From Candidatus Obscuribacteraceae bacterium (lineage in GTDB: Bacteria > Cyanobacteriota > Vampirovibrionia > Obscuribacterales > Obscuribacteraceae), in contig JBGAHS010000001.1 in the NCBI GenBank assembly GCA_044226015.1, positions 512,001 to 576,000 on the forward strand: 64,000 bases of DNA, in the 5' to 3' direction. Numbering within the stretch: position 1 is the first letter of the stretch; the number at the start of each line of letters is the position of its first letter. The notes beneath the pieces are model-generated. The model was not told the DNA's origin and searched no databases. It worked only from the letters and a program-made list of their open reading frames with translations. A program made the translations under genes and the position numbers. Positions 1 through 10,266 of the stretch are shown in pieces.

Positions 1-80
1 AGCGTTAAACCGGGCTTTCCTTCACTGTGCTTGTCCAGTTTTTGCTCGGCTTTATCATTTTTTTGATGCTTTTCGCCCAT
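1..80 (-). CDS. 5' part of a hypothetical protein (MGEKHQKNDKAEQKLDKHSEGKPGLT...), runs off the window
   Basis: ATG at 80-78 preceded by AGGAG RBS; frame open to the window edge. Confidence 0.55.
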   Translation of the reverse strand, partial: MGEKHQKNDKAEQKLDKHSEGKPGLT

Positions 81-182
81 AATGTTTCTTCTCCTACGAG
101 ATTGCAGTCGCGAGTCTAAGAACCGCTCTATACTTTATTCCCCGGGAAGTTCTTATGGCATCAGCTGAGGCGGAAGAAACTA

Positions 183-1682
183 TTAAATGTCACTTTGATA
201 GAGTCTGCGTATGGTGCGAGAGTCCCGACCGGAAAGGTCTCGCCAGCCATCTTTGAATGTCGTGGAATAAAACATTATGTCGTCGGGGTTTGAAGTGTGA
301 CCGCAAAGACCTAGCGCATGACCTACCTCGTGCAGTGCCACCATTCTGAATACATTGTCTGTAAGCGGCATAGATTTTGTCAGTGGTTGGGTGAGAAACC
401 AGATTTCAGCATTGCTTATATAAGATTGGTCTTCAAAAACTCGGGCATCGCCAGCTTCAGAAGAGTTCTTTAGAGATGCCCGATCGCTTGTCCAATAGCA
501 TTTGAGTCGCGCTTGTTCTGGCGCAGAAGCATAAATGAATGAAACATTTCCGTCTGATGCTTTAGCCCAATCATCGAAGCAGCGTCTCAAAATACTCTTC
601 ATTGAGTCGCGATAGCCATCCGTTTTTGTTCCATCTGAAATATAAACGCTGACAGGCAGGCGGCTTTTGGGCCAGCGTGTTAAGCCCACTCCGTTGCGCT
701 GCATTTGCGCAAGGTAATCGTCGTTGGCTTTTTTTGGTGCCTCGGCTGGCTCTTGATCATTCTCTGTTGGGTTTTTGTTTTGAGAAAGATCGAGCATATC
801 TTGTTGAGTTTTTTCGTTATTAAGAGAGCTTCTTTCTTTGCTCAGAGAGCTGACGAGTGCATTTATTTTTGAATACATAGGGTCTTTCTTATCAGCGCGC
901 TGCAAGTACTGTGCATAAGTTGCAATCGCGCGGTCAATGTCGCCCTTTGCCTGATACACTCCTCCGAGGGTAATCCAAGAAGACGCCAGGTTTGGATTTT
1001 GCTCTACGGCTTTCACAAGTTCAGCAACAGCTTCTTCGTTTTTTCCGAGTTTGGCATAGAGAAAACCGAGAGAGGCGTTCACTTTTGCATGCATGTTGTG
1101 ATTTGGAAATCGAAGTAAAAATTCATTGTAAGTGCTAACTGACTCAGTCAGTCTTCCGGCTGTCTGGTTGAACCCCGCCAGCAGAAGCCAGCTGTCAGCT
1201 AGATTTGGGTTGAGTTGGACTGCTGTTCTGAGTTCAGTTAAAGCCGCATCGTTATTGCCCAGTTTCGCGTAAGCTAAGCCCAACGAGTGGTGTATTTCCG
1301 CAAAGCCGTCATAGACGCTGATTGCCTGTTTGAATTTCTCCAGAGCTTGCTCGTTGTTGTTTGCTCGCATCAATAGCAAGCCTTCATCATGTAGCTTGGC
1401 CGCTTCGTACTGTTTTTTGTTCACAGGCTTGCCTTGAACGGTATAGCCATCACCTTTTAAGTCGCTTTTCAATCCTTGCGCAACTGGTGATGCTAGTTGA
1501 GATGAGGCAGTCATGCCTACACCTGGAACCATTAGCTGTTCGTTCCTGGTTGAAGGAGTCGATTGCGCCTTGACAGCGGGAGCCAGCAAGGACATTAATA
1601 GTAGGAGTCGTAGGCTTGTAGCAAAAAACACGCCAGCTGCGGCGGCGCCAGTCGCATTCAGTGTTTCCTTTTCTGCTGCCAT
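183..1682 (-). CDS. Secreted TPR-repeat protein with C-terminal matrixin/M10 zinc metalloprotease domain
   Basis: Signal-peptide-like N-terminus (AVKA|Q), several TPR motifs, HEVGHALGLCGH zinc motif and DIM Met-turn. Confidence 0.88.
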   Translation of the reverse strand: MAAEKETLNATGAAAAGVFFATSLRLLLLMSLLAPAVKAQSTPSTRNEQLMVPGVGMTASSQLASPVAQGLKSDLKGDGYTVQGKPVNKKQYEAAKLHDEGLLLMRANNNEQALEKFKQAISVYDGFAEIHHSLGLAYAKLGNNDAALTELRTAVQLNPNLADSWLLLAGFNQTAGRLTESVSTYNEFLLRFPNHNMHAKVNASLGFLYAKLGKNEEAVAELVKAVEQNPNLASSWITLGGVYQAKGDIDRAIATYAQYLQRADKKDPMYSKINALVSSLSKERSSLNNEKTQQDMLDLSQNKNPTENDQEPAEAPKKANDDYLAQMQRNGVGLTRWPKSRLPVSVYISDGTKTDGYRDSMKSILRRCFDDWAKASDGNVSFIYASAPEQARLKCYWTSDRASLKNSSEAGDARVFEDQSYISNAEIWFLTQPLTKSMPLTDNVFRMVALHEVGHALGLCGHTSNPDDIMFYSTTFKDGWRDLSGRDSRTIRRLYQSDI

Positions 1683-1839
1683 TTCATCAGACCGAACTAT
1701 CTAGGTTCTTTATACCAGTTTACAGCTAATCGAATCTTAGAGCTTAAGCAAGCCTGGCTACGTCCTGATTCAGCAGGCGTGTTTTGAGAGGACTGTTCTG
1801 TTCGCTCAGCAATTCTTGCCGTATTTGCGGTGGATATGC

Positions 1840-1876
1840 AGAGAGGCACCGTGCGTGGTGCCTCTCTTTCGTTTGA
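1840..1876. terminator. Intrinsic terminator-like hairpin
   Basis: AGAGAGGCACC-loop-GGTGCCTCTCT followed by TTCGTTT on the + strand. Confidence 0.55.
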
Positions 1877-1907
1877 ACCTCAAAAGCTGAGCGATGCTTC
1901 GCTTCCG

Positions 1908-2507
1908 TTAGTTTAAGCAGTCTAGCTCTAAGCGATACCTGATTTGATGCATCTCTGTTCCGTTGAGCATGTCATGCTTCTCCTTGTGGTCTCTGGTAAA
2001 TCCAATTTTTTCGTAGAAGGCTTGGGCCTGTTCATTTTCAGCAAGAAACCAGACCGTACACTGGCGAAATCTGGAACGTCGCAGGTCGTTTAGGGCTGCT
2101 TGAATGAGTTCGCTTCCCAGATGCATTCCGACATATTCTGGCTCAATGTAAATCGTGAATAGCTCAGCAACATCTTGATCGACATCTTTGTCCAGGCTCT
2201 TGCCAATACTAGCAAAGCCTCTCACTACTCCATCTAATTCTAATAACCAGATGATGACGCCGCTTTCGATGTGTGCTTGCCAGCCCTTGGAGGCACCGTC
2301 TACGCTGAGTTTGTCCAGGAGTGCATCTGGAAGCAAGCCCCGATATGCTTTCTGCCACGCCCTTACATTTATTTCGGCAATGGCTCGAGCATCAGTCGAT
2401 TGGGCAAGTCTTGTATTCGTGCGCATTCTGTTTGAATCGTTATGCATTCCAGATTTTTTCATGAGACTTGTAGCTGTCATGTTTTTGCTCCGATTGAACT
2501 TGCTCAC
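1908..2507 (-). CDS. GNAT family N-acetyltransferase (true start may be downstream)
   Basis: AWQKAYRGLLP, IYIEPEYVGMHLGSEL and NEQAQAFYEKIGF GNAT motifs. Confidence 0.85.
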   Translation of the reverse strand: MSKFNRSKNMTATSLMKKSGMHNDSNRMRTNTRLAQSTDARAIAEINVRAWQKAYRGLLPDALLDKLSVDGASKGWQAHIESGVIIWLLELDGVVRGFASIGKSLDKDVDQDVAELFTIYIEPEYVGMHLGSELIQAALNDLRRSRFRQCTVWFLAENEQAQAFYEKIGFTRDHKEKHDMLNGTEMHQIRYRLELDCLN

Positions 2508-2534
2508 CGACTTCCGTTTTCGGAATAGATTGAA

Positions 2535-2699
2535 TTAGATTCGTTCTGCCGCAAAACAGAGTTTCTCTGCGGATTTGGGCATGCAGAACTTCTCTTCTGA
2601 CTTTCCTGTTTTTTTCTGAACTCTTTCGCGCAAACCTAGTTTGTTCAATCCCAGTACTTTAGAATTTTGTCTCTTTGATTTACTATTCGAGTTCAACAT
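2535..2699 (-). CDS. Possible 54-aa basic small protein upstream of the GNAT gene
   Basis: ATG...TAA open frame MLNSNSKSKRQ...AERI with purine-rich GAAGGACGGAAG upstream; below the ORF-track cutoff. Confidence 0.3.
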   Translation of the reverse strand: MLNSNSKSKRQNSKVLGLNKLGLRERVQKKTGKSEEKFCMPKSAEKLCFAAERI

Positions 2700-2894
2700 C
2701 GTTTCTTCCGTCCTTCAACTTGGGGTCCAACAAAATCAAATATAGCGCTTGAATGTCGGGATTTCGTGAGGACTGGTAACGTCGTGCAAGAAGCAGTTTT
2801 GGGGATCGGGGGGCTGATTTGTGAGGGTAATTGAAAAGCGAAGTTGTTTATAGACAACCTCGCCCTTCAATTTCTTCTTTAATTGCTTGTAGTT

Positions 2895-4124
2895 TTACTT
2901 TTCAGCGGCCGCTGTTTCAAGCGAGTCGAGACAAGCTACACCTGGAAGTTCCAGCCCTTCGATGAATTCGAGTGATGCTCCACCGCCGGTTGAGACATGT
3001 GTGAACGACTCTGGGCTTGCTCCGTGTGCTTCAATTGCAGCAACTGAATCGCCGCCTCCAACAACGGTCTTAGTGCCCTCTTTTGTCAATTCGACCAGAA
3101 TATCGATCAATGTATAGGTGCCCGTTTCGAATCCGGCGAATTCAAAAGCTCCTAATGGACCGTTCCAGAGAATGGATTTGCAGCTCTTTAGCTCGCTCTT
3201 AATCATGGACATAGTCATTGGTCCTACATCTAACCCCATCATATCGTCAGGAATGGAATTAGCTGAGTGAAGGCTTGCAGGAGCGTTCTCTTTTAATTCA
3301 GAAGCACATACGAGGTCGAGTGGCAGAATGATCTTTACACCTTTCAGTTCTGCTGCTGCTAGAAGTTGTGTGCACAAATCAACCTTATCTTCTTCAACGA
3401 GAGATTTGCCCACTGGCTTGCCTTGCGCCTTCAGGAAGGTGAATGCCATGGCGCCACCGATGATTATCTTGTCTGCTTTCTGCAAGAGATTTTTCAAAAC
3501 GCCGATTTTTGTTGAAACTTTAGCACCACCAATGATAGTGGCAAAAGGTCTGGCTGGAGTGTGAAGAACCTCTGAGAGTGCCTTTATTTCTTTATTGAGC
3601 AAAAATCCTGATACGGATGTCTTCATGTGCTTGCTGACGCCCTCTGTGCTGGCGTGGGCTCTGTGCGCTGTGCCGAATGCATCGTTAACATAGATATCAG
3701 CCAGAGCTGCTAGCTGCTTGGCGAATTCAGGGTCGTTTTTCTCTTCTTCAGGATGAAAACGAACGTTTTCCAGCAACACAACTTCCCCATCATTCATGGC
3801 ATCAATTCGTTTCTTTGTTTCATCGCCAATGCAATTTGCTATCAATTCAACCTTTTGGTTTATCAATTCAGAGAGCCTTTCCGCGACCGGCTTGAGGCTG
3901 TACTTTTCAGATGGTCCACCTTTTGGTCGTCCGAGGTGTGAGCAGAGAACAACCTTTCCACCAGCATCCTTCAAATACTTGATGGTTCCGAGAGCTGCTC
4001 TTATTCTTGAGTCGTCTGTGATTTTTTTGTTTTCGTCTTGCGGAACGTTGAAGTCAACGCGAACAAGTACTCTCTTGCCTTTGTATTGTTCCGGTGAAAG
4101 ATGTTGGATAGTCTTCTTAAGCAT
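2895..4124 (-). CDS. pgk: Phosphoglycerate kinase
   Basis: RVDFNVP, SHLGRPKG, LLENVRF, NDAFGTAHRAHAS, HVSTGGGASLE. Confidence 0.98.
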   Translation of the reverse strand: MLKKTIQHLSPEQYKGKRVLVRVDFNVPQDENKKITDDSRIRAALGTIKYLKDAGGKVVLCSHLGRPKGGPSEKYSLKPVAERLSELINQKVELIANCIGDETKKRIDAMNDGEVVLLENVRFHPEEEKNDPEFAKQLAALADIYVNDAFGTAHRAHASTEGVSKHMKTSVSGFLLNKEIKALSEVLHTPARPFATIIGGAKVSTKIGVLKNLLQKADKIIIGGAMAFTFLKAQGKPVGKSLVEEDKVDLCTQLLAAAELKGVKIILPLDLVCASELKENAPASLHSANSIPDDMMGLDVGPMTMSMIKSELKSCKSILWNGPLGAFEFAGFETGTYTLIDILVELTKEGTKTVVGGGDSVAAIEAHGASPESFTHVSTGGGASLEFIEGLELPGVACLDSLETAAAEK

Positions 4125-4174
4125 GATGCTCTCCTGATTTGATAAGCGACCTGTTGCTGCTTCGCAGCTGCTGC

Positions 4175-4212
4175 CAGAAACAAAGTGCGCCTGGAATTTT
4201 CTCCAGGCGCAC
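4175..4212 (-). terminator. Terminator/attenuating hairpin between gap and pgk
   Basis: GTGCGCCTGGA-loop-TCCAGGCGCAC 11-bp stem followed by TTTGTTT on the - strand. Confidence 0.7.
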
Positions 4213-4272
4213 CCTTCATTTTCTTTCGGGGGTCTACCCTGGGTTAGCGGCTAGCGCTGTTCCCGGTTGAAT

Positions 4273-5298
4273 TTAGACCTTAGCGAGAGCCAATTTGTTA
4301 GCAACGATTGTGCCGAGTTCGATCAAGCGGTTGCTGTAGCCCCACTCGTTGTCGTACCAAGCAAGAACTTTAACCATTTTGTCGCCAACTGACATTGTGA
4401 GGTCAGCATCAACAACTGAAGAAAGTTTGTTGCCGCAGAAGTCGATTGAAACTAGCGGTGTTTCGGTGTAACCCATGATACCGTTCAAGCCAGCGCCTGC
4501 TGCATCTTTGAGCACCTTGTTGATAGCTTCTTTGCTTACTTCTTTCTTTGTGCGAACTACCAGGTCAACAACTGATACGTTCGGGGTTGGAACGCGCATT
4601 GCGAAGCCGTTCAATTTACCCTTGAGGTGTGGCATTACCAAACCGATTGCTTTAGCTGCACCGGTGCTCGAAGGAATCATCGATTGACCAGCTGCTCTAG
4701 CTCTGCGGAGGTCTTTGTGACCTGTGTCGAGCAAGCGTTGGTCAAGGGTGTAGCTGTGAATTGTGGTCATGAGACCTTCTTCGATTCCGAATGCATCGTC
4801 GATAGCTTTTGCTACTGGAGCGAGGCAGTTGGTTGTGCAGCTAGCGTTTGAAATGATGTGGTGCTTGTCTGGATCGTAGCTCTTGTCGTTGACACCGAGA
4901 ACGATGGTGATGTCTTCGTTTGTTGCTGGAGCTGAGATAAGAACCTTCTTGGCGCCTGAGCTGATGTGACCTTTAGCCTTAGCTGCATCAGTGAAAACAC
5001 CGCTGCACTCGAGAACGATGTCGATTCCGAGCTTAGCCCATGGGCAAGTAGAAGGATCCTTCTCTTTCGAGAAAGCGAACTTCTTGCCGTCGATGATGAG
5101 GCTGTCTTCGGTGTGTGATACTTCGTTTGGCAGCTCGCCCAACACTGAGTCGTACTTGAGCAAGTGTGCTGATGTTGCTGTGTCTTGAAGGGGATCGTTG
5201 ATCGCAACTACTTCAAAACCTTTCGGCTGTGATGCGAGATAAGCACGGAGCGCATTGCGTCCGATTCTGCCAAAACCATTTATTGCTACTTTTGCCAT
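4273..5298 (-). CDS. gap: Glyceraldehyde-3-phosphate dehydrogenase type I
   Basis: MAKVAINGFGRIGR start with GGGAGG RBS (start moved from 5541 to 5298); SNASCTTNCLAP active site; WYDNEWGY. Confidence 0.98.
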   Translation of the reverse strand: MAKVAINGFGRIGRNALRAYLASQPKGFEVVAINDPLQDTATSAHLLKYDSVLGELPNEVSHTEDSLIIDGKKFAFSKEKDPSTCPWAKLGIDIVLECSGVFTDAAKAKGHISSGAKKVLISAPATNEDITIVLGVNDKSYDPDKHHIISNASCTTNCLAPVAKAIDDAFGIEEGLMTTIHSYTLDQRLLDTGHKDLRRARAAGQSMIPSSTGAAKAIGLVMPHLKGKLNGFAMRVPTPNVSVVDLVVRTKKEVSKEAINKVLKDAAGAGLNGIMGYTETPLVSIDFCGNKLSSVVDADLTMSVGDKMVKVLAWYDNEWGYSNRLIELGTIVANKLALAKV

Positions 5299-5781
5299 GT
5301 GGCCTCCCGTAAGTGAGATTCTTGCCGCCGATGCGGACTTTTGAGTCGCCGTGTCTGGCTGGATTGGAAGCACAGGAGAATCTGTTTCCACAGTCTGACT
5401 TGTTGCTGCCAAGGCTGAGATTCCTGGTGCTGAACACGCTATCCAGCCGGCTGACCCCTGCCAGAGCCCAGCATATAAGCTGTCGCGTTCCTTCGATTGA
5501 ATATTTACTTTTCTTTTGTATACGCCGCAAACTTTGTTCATTCCTGTCTCAAACGCAGATTTTGCGCTTCAAACGTGTTTACAAAAGAAAGGGGCTTTGA
5601 TGATTGAAGGAGAGCTGGGTCGCCAGTGCCTCAGGTGCTTTCCAAGCTTCAAGCTTGCATTCCAGTAAGTGAAAAGCGCATCGTTGAGCAAAAATTACCA
5701 GTTTTGCGCAGGGCTGAAGCTGAAATTTCGGGTTTGGTCTTATAATGATGGTAGTCATTATGATGAGTTGAGGAAAATGCA

Positions 5782-6000
5782 ATGAAGGAAAGAGTTGAAG
5801 AAATTCTCGAAGGACTGCGCCCTATGTTGATGGCGGACGGCGGTAACATCGAGCTCATCGACGTTAAAGATGGCGAAGTTTTCGTGCATTTGCTGGGAGC
5901 TTGTGGAATGTGCCCAAGTTCAACCATGACATTGAAGCTTGGTGTTGAACGCGCGCTTAAGGAAGCAATTCCTGAAGTCAAGCGTGTTGTTCAGGTCTAA
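5782..6000 (+). CDS. NifU-like (NfuA C-terminal) Fe-S cluster scaffold protein
   Basis: [13 protein letters not shown] and GACGMCPSS CxxC motif. Confidence 0.93.
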   Translation: MKERVEEILEGLRPMLMADGGNIELIDVKDGEVFVHLLGACGMCPSSTMTLKLGVERALKEAIPEVKRVVQV

Positions 6001-7246
6001 TTGCTGGTTTAGTCCTCAGCAATTTTCTTGCAAAGACAAGATACATAATCAAATTGACAGCGAAGAAGCCTGCTCCCAAAAAGTAGTCTCTCGTTATCTG
6101 GTTCAATGCTAGCTGGAGAATCCAGGTCGCGAGTGGCAGAAGCGCTAAGGCTGTTATGACAAACCTATTTGAGTTTGCAAAATTTGGCTCGTTGTTTTTT
6201 ATATTGAATAGGGTCATCATGGCTGGAATTGCCAGAAGGCAGCAATCATAGCCGTGCACGTGCACTGAGAAGAGCAGAATGCTCAGCACGACAAAGGCAA
6301 CAAGATTTGCTTCGTTGGAGCCATCTGAATTATTCCTGGCTTTGTTTGTCACAAAGAAGAGCATTCCCAACCCAAGAGCAAGCACGCAGAGTCCTTGCCA
6401 GCCGGCGTAGAATCCAGTTCTTCGTAAGATGCCGACGATTGATACCATAAAGTCGACCTTGAAGTAATAGGGCGGGTTTGTGAATGCTCCAAACAGTGCA
6501 GAGGGGTAGGCTAAAACCGCATCAGCTCCAGCTAACAAGGCAACCAGTCCAAGCAAGCAGAGAAACGAAACCGCGCCGACTGCGACTGCCTTGTAGTTTT
6601 TTCGTGCCACCAAATATGTCGCTAGAACCAAAGCAATATGAGGTTTTATCGCGATGCAGGCCAATATAAATCCAGATAAAATGTGTCGCTTTGATTGAAT
6701 TGCAAAAAAGAAAAAGCCAACAAGGCTCAGCATCAGAAGCGCTGTCTGACCCAGGGCGATACAAATGCAGCTCGGAATTGATAGAAAAGTAAGGACAATT
6801 GTTTGAAAGAGTTTCGATCTGCTGATAGGAAACTTCTTTGATAGCAGCACCAGAGATAATGCCGAAGCACAAAACTGCGTTAGCATGTAAACGCAATAAG
6901 CCAGTCCTGGAGCCATATTTGTCAGGGCAAGGCAAAGCAATGAAAATGGGGGCGAGTAGAGTACATTACTTGCATAGTTCGTACCTGGAAATAATTTTCC
7001 ATAGCATTCTTTCAGCAGCTCGTAGTCATAAAGATCTTTTCCTGATTTTGCCGACGCCAACTTTCCGAAACAATAGAAGGAGCAAAAGTCGTTGAATTGA
7101 CCTGGTGCTGCAACGATTTCTTCGCTGAAATTATTGCCAATGCTCATCTTGCCTAAATAGACCATCTGTCCTGTGAATAGCGCGAGTGCCAGTGTCACAT
7201 AGCAAACAAGAAAGAAGCGCAATGTTTTTGAGAGCAATGCTGACAT
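5978..7246 (-). CDS. GT87/DUF2029-like polytopic membrane glycosyltransferase
   Basis: DFCSFY, YSPPF, GQ, IKPH and HGYD motifs among many TM helices. Confidence 0.8.
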   Translation of the reverse strand: MSALLSKTLRFFLVCYVTLALALFTGQMVYLGKMSIGNNFSEEIVAAPGQFNDFCSFYCFGKLASAKSGKDLYDYELLKECYGKLFPGTNYASNVLYSPPFSLLCLALTNMAPGLAYCVYMLTQFCASALSLVLLSKKFPISRSKLFQTIVLTFLSIPSCICIALGQTALLMLSLVGFFFFAIQSKRHILSGFILACIAIKPHIALVLATYLVARKNYKAVAVGAVSFLCLLGLVALLAGADAVLAYPSALFGAFTNPPYYFKVDFMVSIVGILRRTGFYAGWQGLCVLALGLGMLFFVTNKARNNSDGSNEANLVAFVVLSILLFSVHVHGYDCCLLAIPAMMTLFNIKNNEPNFANSNRFVITALALLPLATWILQLALNQITRDYFLGAGFFAVNLIMYLVFARKLLRTKPAIRPEQHA

Positions 7247-7385
7247 TATCGACTTTCGTTCAATCCCAAAGCAGTCGCAAGTGCGTCAGATGACTTGAAA
7301 GAGATTACCATGGATATAGGAAGCTTGCTTGCCGCTTGTAAGCCAAATTATAGGAAGCTAGTGAAATTGAAGATCATTCTGGCCA

Positions 7386-8936
7386 CTAGTCTGTTACGTC
7401 GGCTGAAGAGTTTTCATGGTCGAGAAACGGTATCTCCTCCAGTTCAAGTTCGAGCAGTTGCAGGAAGCTGCTAACAGCATTTCTAATTTCGGGCGATTTG
7501 TGCTTGAGCAGATAGCTTATTAGCTCTGAGCTTCGAGGCTCTTGCAGGTCTTTTCTGCCAAATAAAATTTTCTCGTCTCCGCAATCGAATTTTTTCCAGA
7601 TAGAAGGATCTTGCTGAAGGCAAAGAATGGATGTGTCGATAAGCCAGCCAGCAAAGTTATCTAGAAACAATCCGAAGTGTTTTCCTGCTCTTTTTGGGTG
7701 CTGATAGTTTGGATGCCCAAGCTCAGGTGACGGAAATGTCGCCAGTGCCGGCACAAAAATGCCGTCATAATCTACAAGCATAAGCTGGGTGTTTTCTTTT
7801 ACGATTATATTTCCATGTTGCAAGTCGCCGTGAGCTATTTTTGAATGACGTAAGCCGCTGATCATCTTCTGGAAGTTCAAGCGCAGCTGACCCATCAAAA
7901 CACTGTCTTCTGCGTGCTTATCTATGTATGAACTGAGAGCGTGGCCATCTACCCAATCCATTTTAAGAATGGGATATTTTTTACCAGCTACAGTGATGCC
8001 CTCATTTTGATACTCGAACTCTATGATGGATTCATTGGGGTCGTTTTGCAGATGCCTCTTGAGTATGCTATAGCGTTTTTCCTGGTCTTTTACTGGATGC
8101 AGAAAACAACGAACCGCATAAGTTTTTGTTTGCGTGCGGATTTTATACACGCTTGCGAATGCTCCGCTTATCGCTTTCGGCACCTCAAAAGCATTCACCT
8201 CAGGAAATCCTGATTTCAGAGCACCATCTCTGAGAGCCGTCTGCGGATTTTGAATTGCCTCGTTATAGTCTTGTGCGCTCGGCCAGACAACATTCTCTTT
8301 TGCGCTGTTATAGTTTTGCTCGAGCAGTCGGGGGCGAATTGCCTGTTGTTGCACGGACGATGGCGGAATGTTGTGGCTAAGCTCCCTTTGCTCAAATTCA
8401 TCATTCAATTTTCTGAGAACTGCTTCGGTCAGGCTTGCTATCTTCAGGAGGGTGCTGTGTTTGTGATTCGAAAAGTGATCGCTCATAGTTGTGAACTCCA
8501 GCTGAACCTCATAGTTCAGCACCCCACTGCGATTTATGATCCAAACAAATTTCCCCTGACTTGATCGCCCTCCTTCGTCTTCTGATTCTGGGTATTCAAT
8601 GCTAGCTATGATTTCTCCTGCATCCCAGTCTGTGCTGATGAGTTCAAGCCAGTGTTTATTCAAGGGATATTGCATTCGAGAACTTGGGAATTCTATGAGT
8701 TCTAAAATGGAGTCGAATATTTTTTGTTTGCTTGCTTTGCATATTGGCTGACAAACTATTTTGTCCTCAGCCATTGCCTGCTCTCGCGCCCAAGCCAGGC
8801 GCAAGAGCTTCACTACTTTGGGTTCTTTAATTTGTAGTTTCCGCTTCTTCTGGTTCTTCAACTCTTCCATGGTCATATAGACGACAGCAAGAGTCATGAA
8901 GGCGAGCCATGCCGATAGTAGGGCGGCATCACCCAC
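7386..8936 (-). CDS. Membrane-anchored protein with C-terminal protein-kinase-like domain
   Basis: N-terminal TM; SGAFASVY, YAVRCF, HGDLQHGN and LVDYDG kinase motifs. Confidence 0.8.
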   Translation of the reverse strand: MGDAALLSAWLAFMTLAVVYMTMEELKNQKKRKLQIKEPKVVKLLRLAWAREQAMAEDKIVCQPICKASKQKIFDSILELIEFPSSRMQYPLNKHWLELISTDWDAGEIIASIEYPESEDEGGRSSQGKFVWIINRSGVLNYEVQLEFTTMSDHFSNHKHSTLLKIASLTEAVLRKLNDEFEQRELSHNIPPSSVQQQAIRPRLLEQNYNSAKENVVWPSAQDYNEAIQNPQTALRDGALKSGFPEVNAFEVPKAISGAFASVYKIRTQTKTYAVRCFLHPVKDQEKRYSILKRHLQNDPNESIIEFEYQNEGITVAGKKYPILKMDWVDGHALSSYIDKHAEDSVLMGQLRLNFQKMISGLRHSKIAHGDLQHGNIIVKENTQLMLVDYDGIFVPALATFPSPELGHPNYQHPKRAGKHFGLFLDNFAGWLIDTSILCLQQDPSIWKKFDCGDEKILFGRKDLQEPRSSELISYLLKHKSPEIRNAVSSFLQLLELELEEIPFLDHENSSADVTD

Positions 8937-8940
8937 AGTA

Positions 8941-9687
8941 TCAGTCCTTCAGCGCCATTTTAATTCGCGATTTGAATTCAGCTCGCATGTAGCTTCCCAG
9001 TACAGACTCATTGTTTTGTTCGTTTTCTTCGAACCTGACGACTCGCTTGAATGATGCTTTCGCGTCGCGAATCGAGCTTGAGGAATTCATCAGAATCTCG
9101 TTAGTAATTGCGTTTAAGCGAGATGCGAACTCATAGTTTTCGCAAACATCATTGAGTAGTCCGCATGTAAGTGCTTCTGCTGCTGTAATTACGTTTCCTC
9201 GGAAAATTAATTCTTTTGCTTTTGCAAGACCAACTAGCGAGGTGAGTCTTCCAAGATTCACATCATCCAGCGCAATGCCCAGTTTGGTGATTGGAATGGC
9301 AAAGCGCGAGCGCTTGCTGGCATAGCGTAGGTCGCATGCTATCGCAAGCAGGCATCCGCCTCCCATGCACACGCCATCTACAGCAGCTATTGTCGGCAAT
9401 GCTGACTCTGCTACGCAATTCAGCCCGTTTGCAATTGCGCTCCAGTTCTCTTGAACTTCTTCCGCTGTATTTAACTCTCGAAGTTCGTTAATATCTGCGC
9501 CCGCAGCAAACGCATCTTTGGTTCCCTCGATTACAAAAATTTCCGCACCAGATTTTTCAAGCTCGGACATCAGACCTGGCAGTGCTAGCCACATCTCTTT
9601 GTTAATAGCGTTGCGACTGTCCGGACGATTGAGAAAAATATGACCAAGTCTTCCTTGAAGCTTGCTGTAAATAATTTCTTTGCTCAT
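8941..9687 (-). CDS. Enoyl-CoA hydratase/isomerase (crotonase) family protein
   Basis: LNRPDSRNAI, FAAGADI, AAVDGVCMGGG, ACDLRYA. Confidence 0.9.
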   Translation of the reverse strand: MSKEIIYSKLQGRLGHIFLNRPDSRNAINKEMWLALPGLMSELEKSGAEIFVIEGTKDAFAAGADINELRELNTAEEVQENWSAIANGLNCVAESALPTIAAVDGVCMGGGCLLAIACDLRYASKRSRFAIPITKLGIALDDVNLGRLTSLVGLAKAKELIFRGNVITAAEALTCGLLNDVCENYEFASRLNAITNEILMNSSSSIRDAKASFKRVVRFEENEQNNESVLGSYMRAEFKSRIKMALKD

Positions 9688-9748
9688 GTGTTCGTCCTAT
9701 CTAGTTGCAAAACTGTCTATGTACCAAACTGTCTATGTACCAGTGACA

Positions 9749-10261
9749 CTATTTTTTTTCAACTGCTGTCGTAGCCGTTTTTATACCCGGAAGGCTGAAT
9801 CTTATGGTGTCACCTTCTTTGATGCTATGGCGCTCGCAATAGCCAGCATTGACTTCAAGGACTTCGCTTGCTCTCACTTCTCCATCGTCGGGGTAAAGTG
9901 GGCAATCGCCAGGATTATGCGATTTGCAAGGCGGAACATTTCTAGCAATCTTTACGATTTTACCCTCATCGATGAATATCATGTCGAGTGACATCAGGCA
10001 GTTAAACATCCAGAATCTGACGGGACGTTTGGGGTGGAAGATAAATACCATGCCGTGATCTTCCGGCATTGAAGCCCTTTCCATCAGCCCATGCTCAATT
10101 TGTGCTCTGGTTTGCGCGACTTCTAACTTAACCGTGTTTTTTCCAAGTTCTGCAAGTGGAACCTTCGCAAAGGCTGGACCTGTAAAATAAAGTGCCACCG
10201 TCACTAGTGCCAGCAAAACTGATGCAGCTAATTTTGTGAGTAGCGAATCGAATTTGAGCAT
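9749..10261 (-). CDS. DUF192 family exported protein
   Basis: Signal peptide; GLMER, GMVF, FWMFNCLMSLDMIF, VLEVNAG. Confidence 0.88.
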   Translation of the reverse strand: MLKFDSLLTKLAASVLLALVTVALYFTGPAFAKVPLAELGKNTVKLEVAQTRAQIEHGLMERASMPEDHGMVFIFHPKRPVRFWMFNCLMSLDMIFIDEGKIVKIARNVPPCKSHNPGDCPLYPDDGEVRASEVLEVNAGYCERHSIKEGDTIRFSLPGIKTATTAVEKK

Positions 10262-10266
10262 TTAGT

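Noticed and set aside
5299..5541. 81-aa N-terminal extension of GAPDH in the ORF track
   Set aside because: The canonical MAKVAING start with a strong RBS is at 5298; the upstream part looks like a structured UTR.
5484..5560. Glutamine-riboswitch-like CGAAGGAACGC upstream of gap
   Set aside because: The GGAAGUA junction and supporting stems are not properly present; only a short match.
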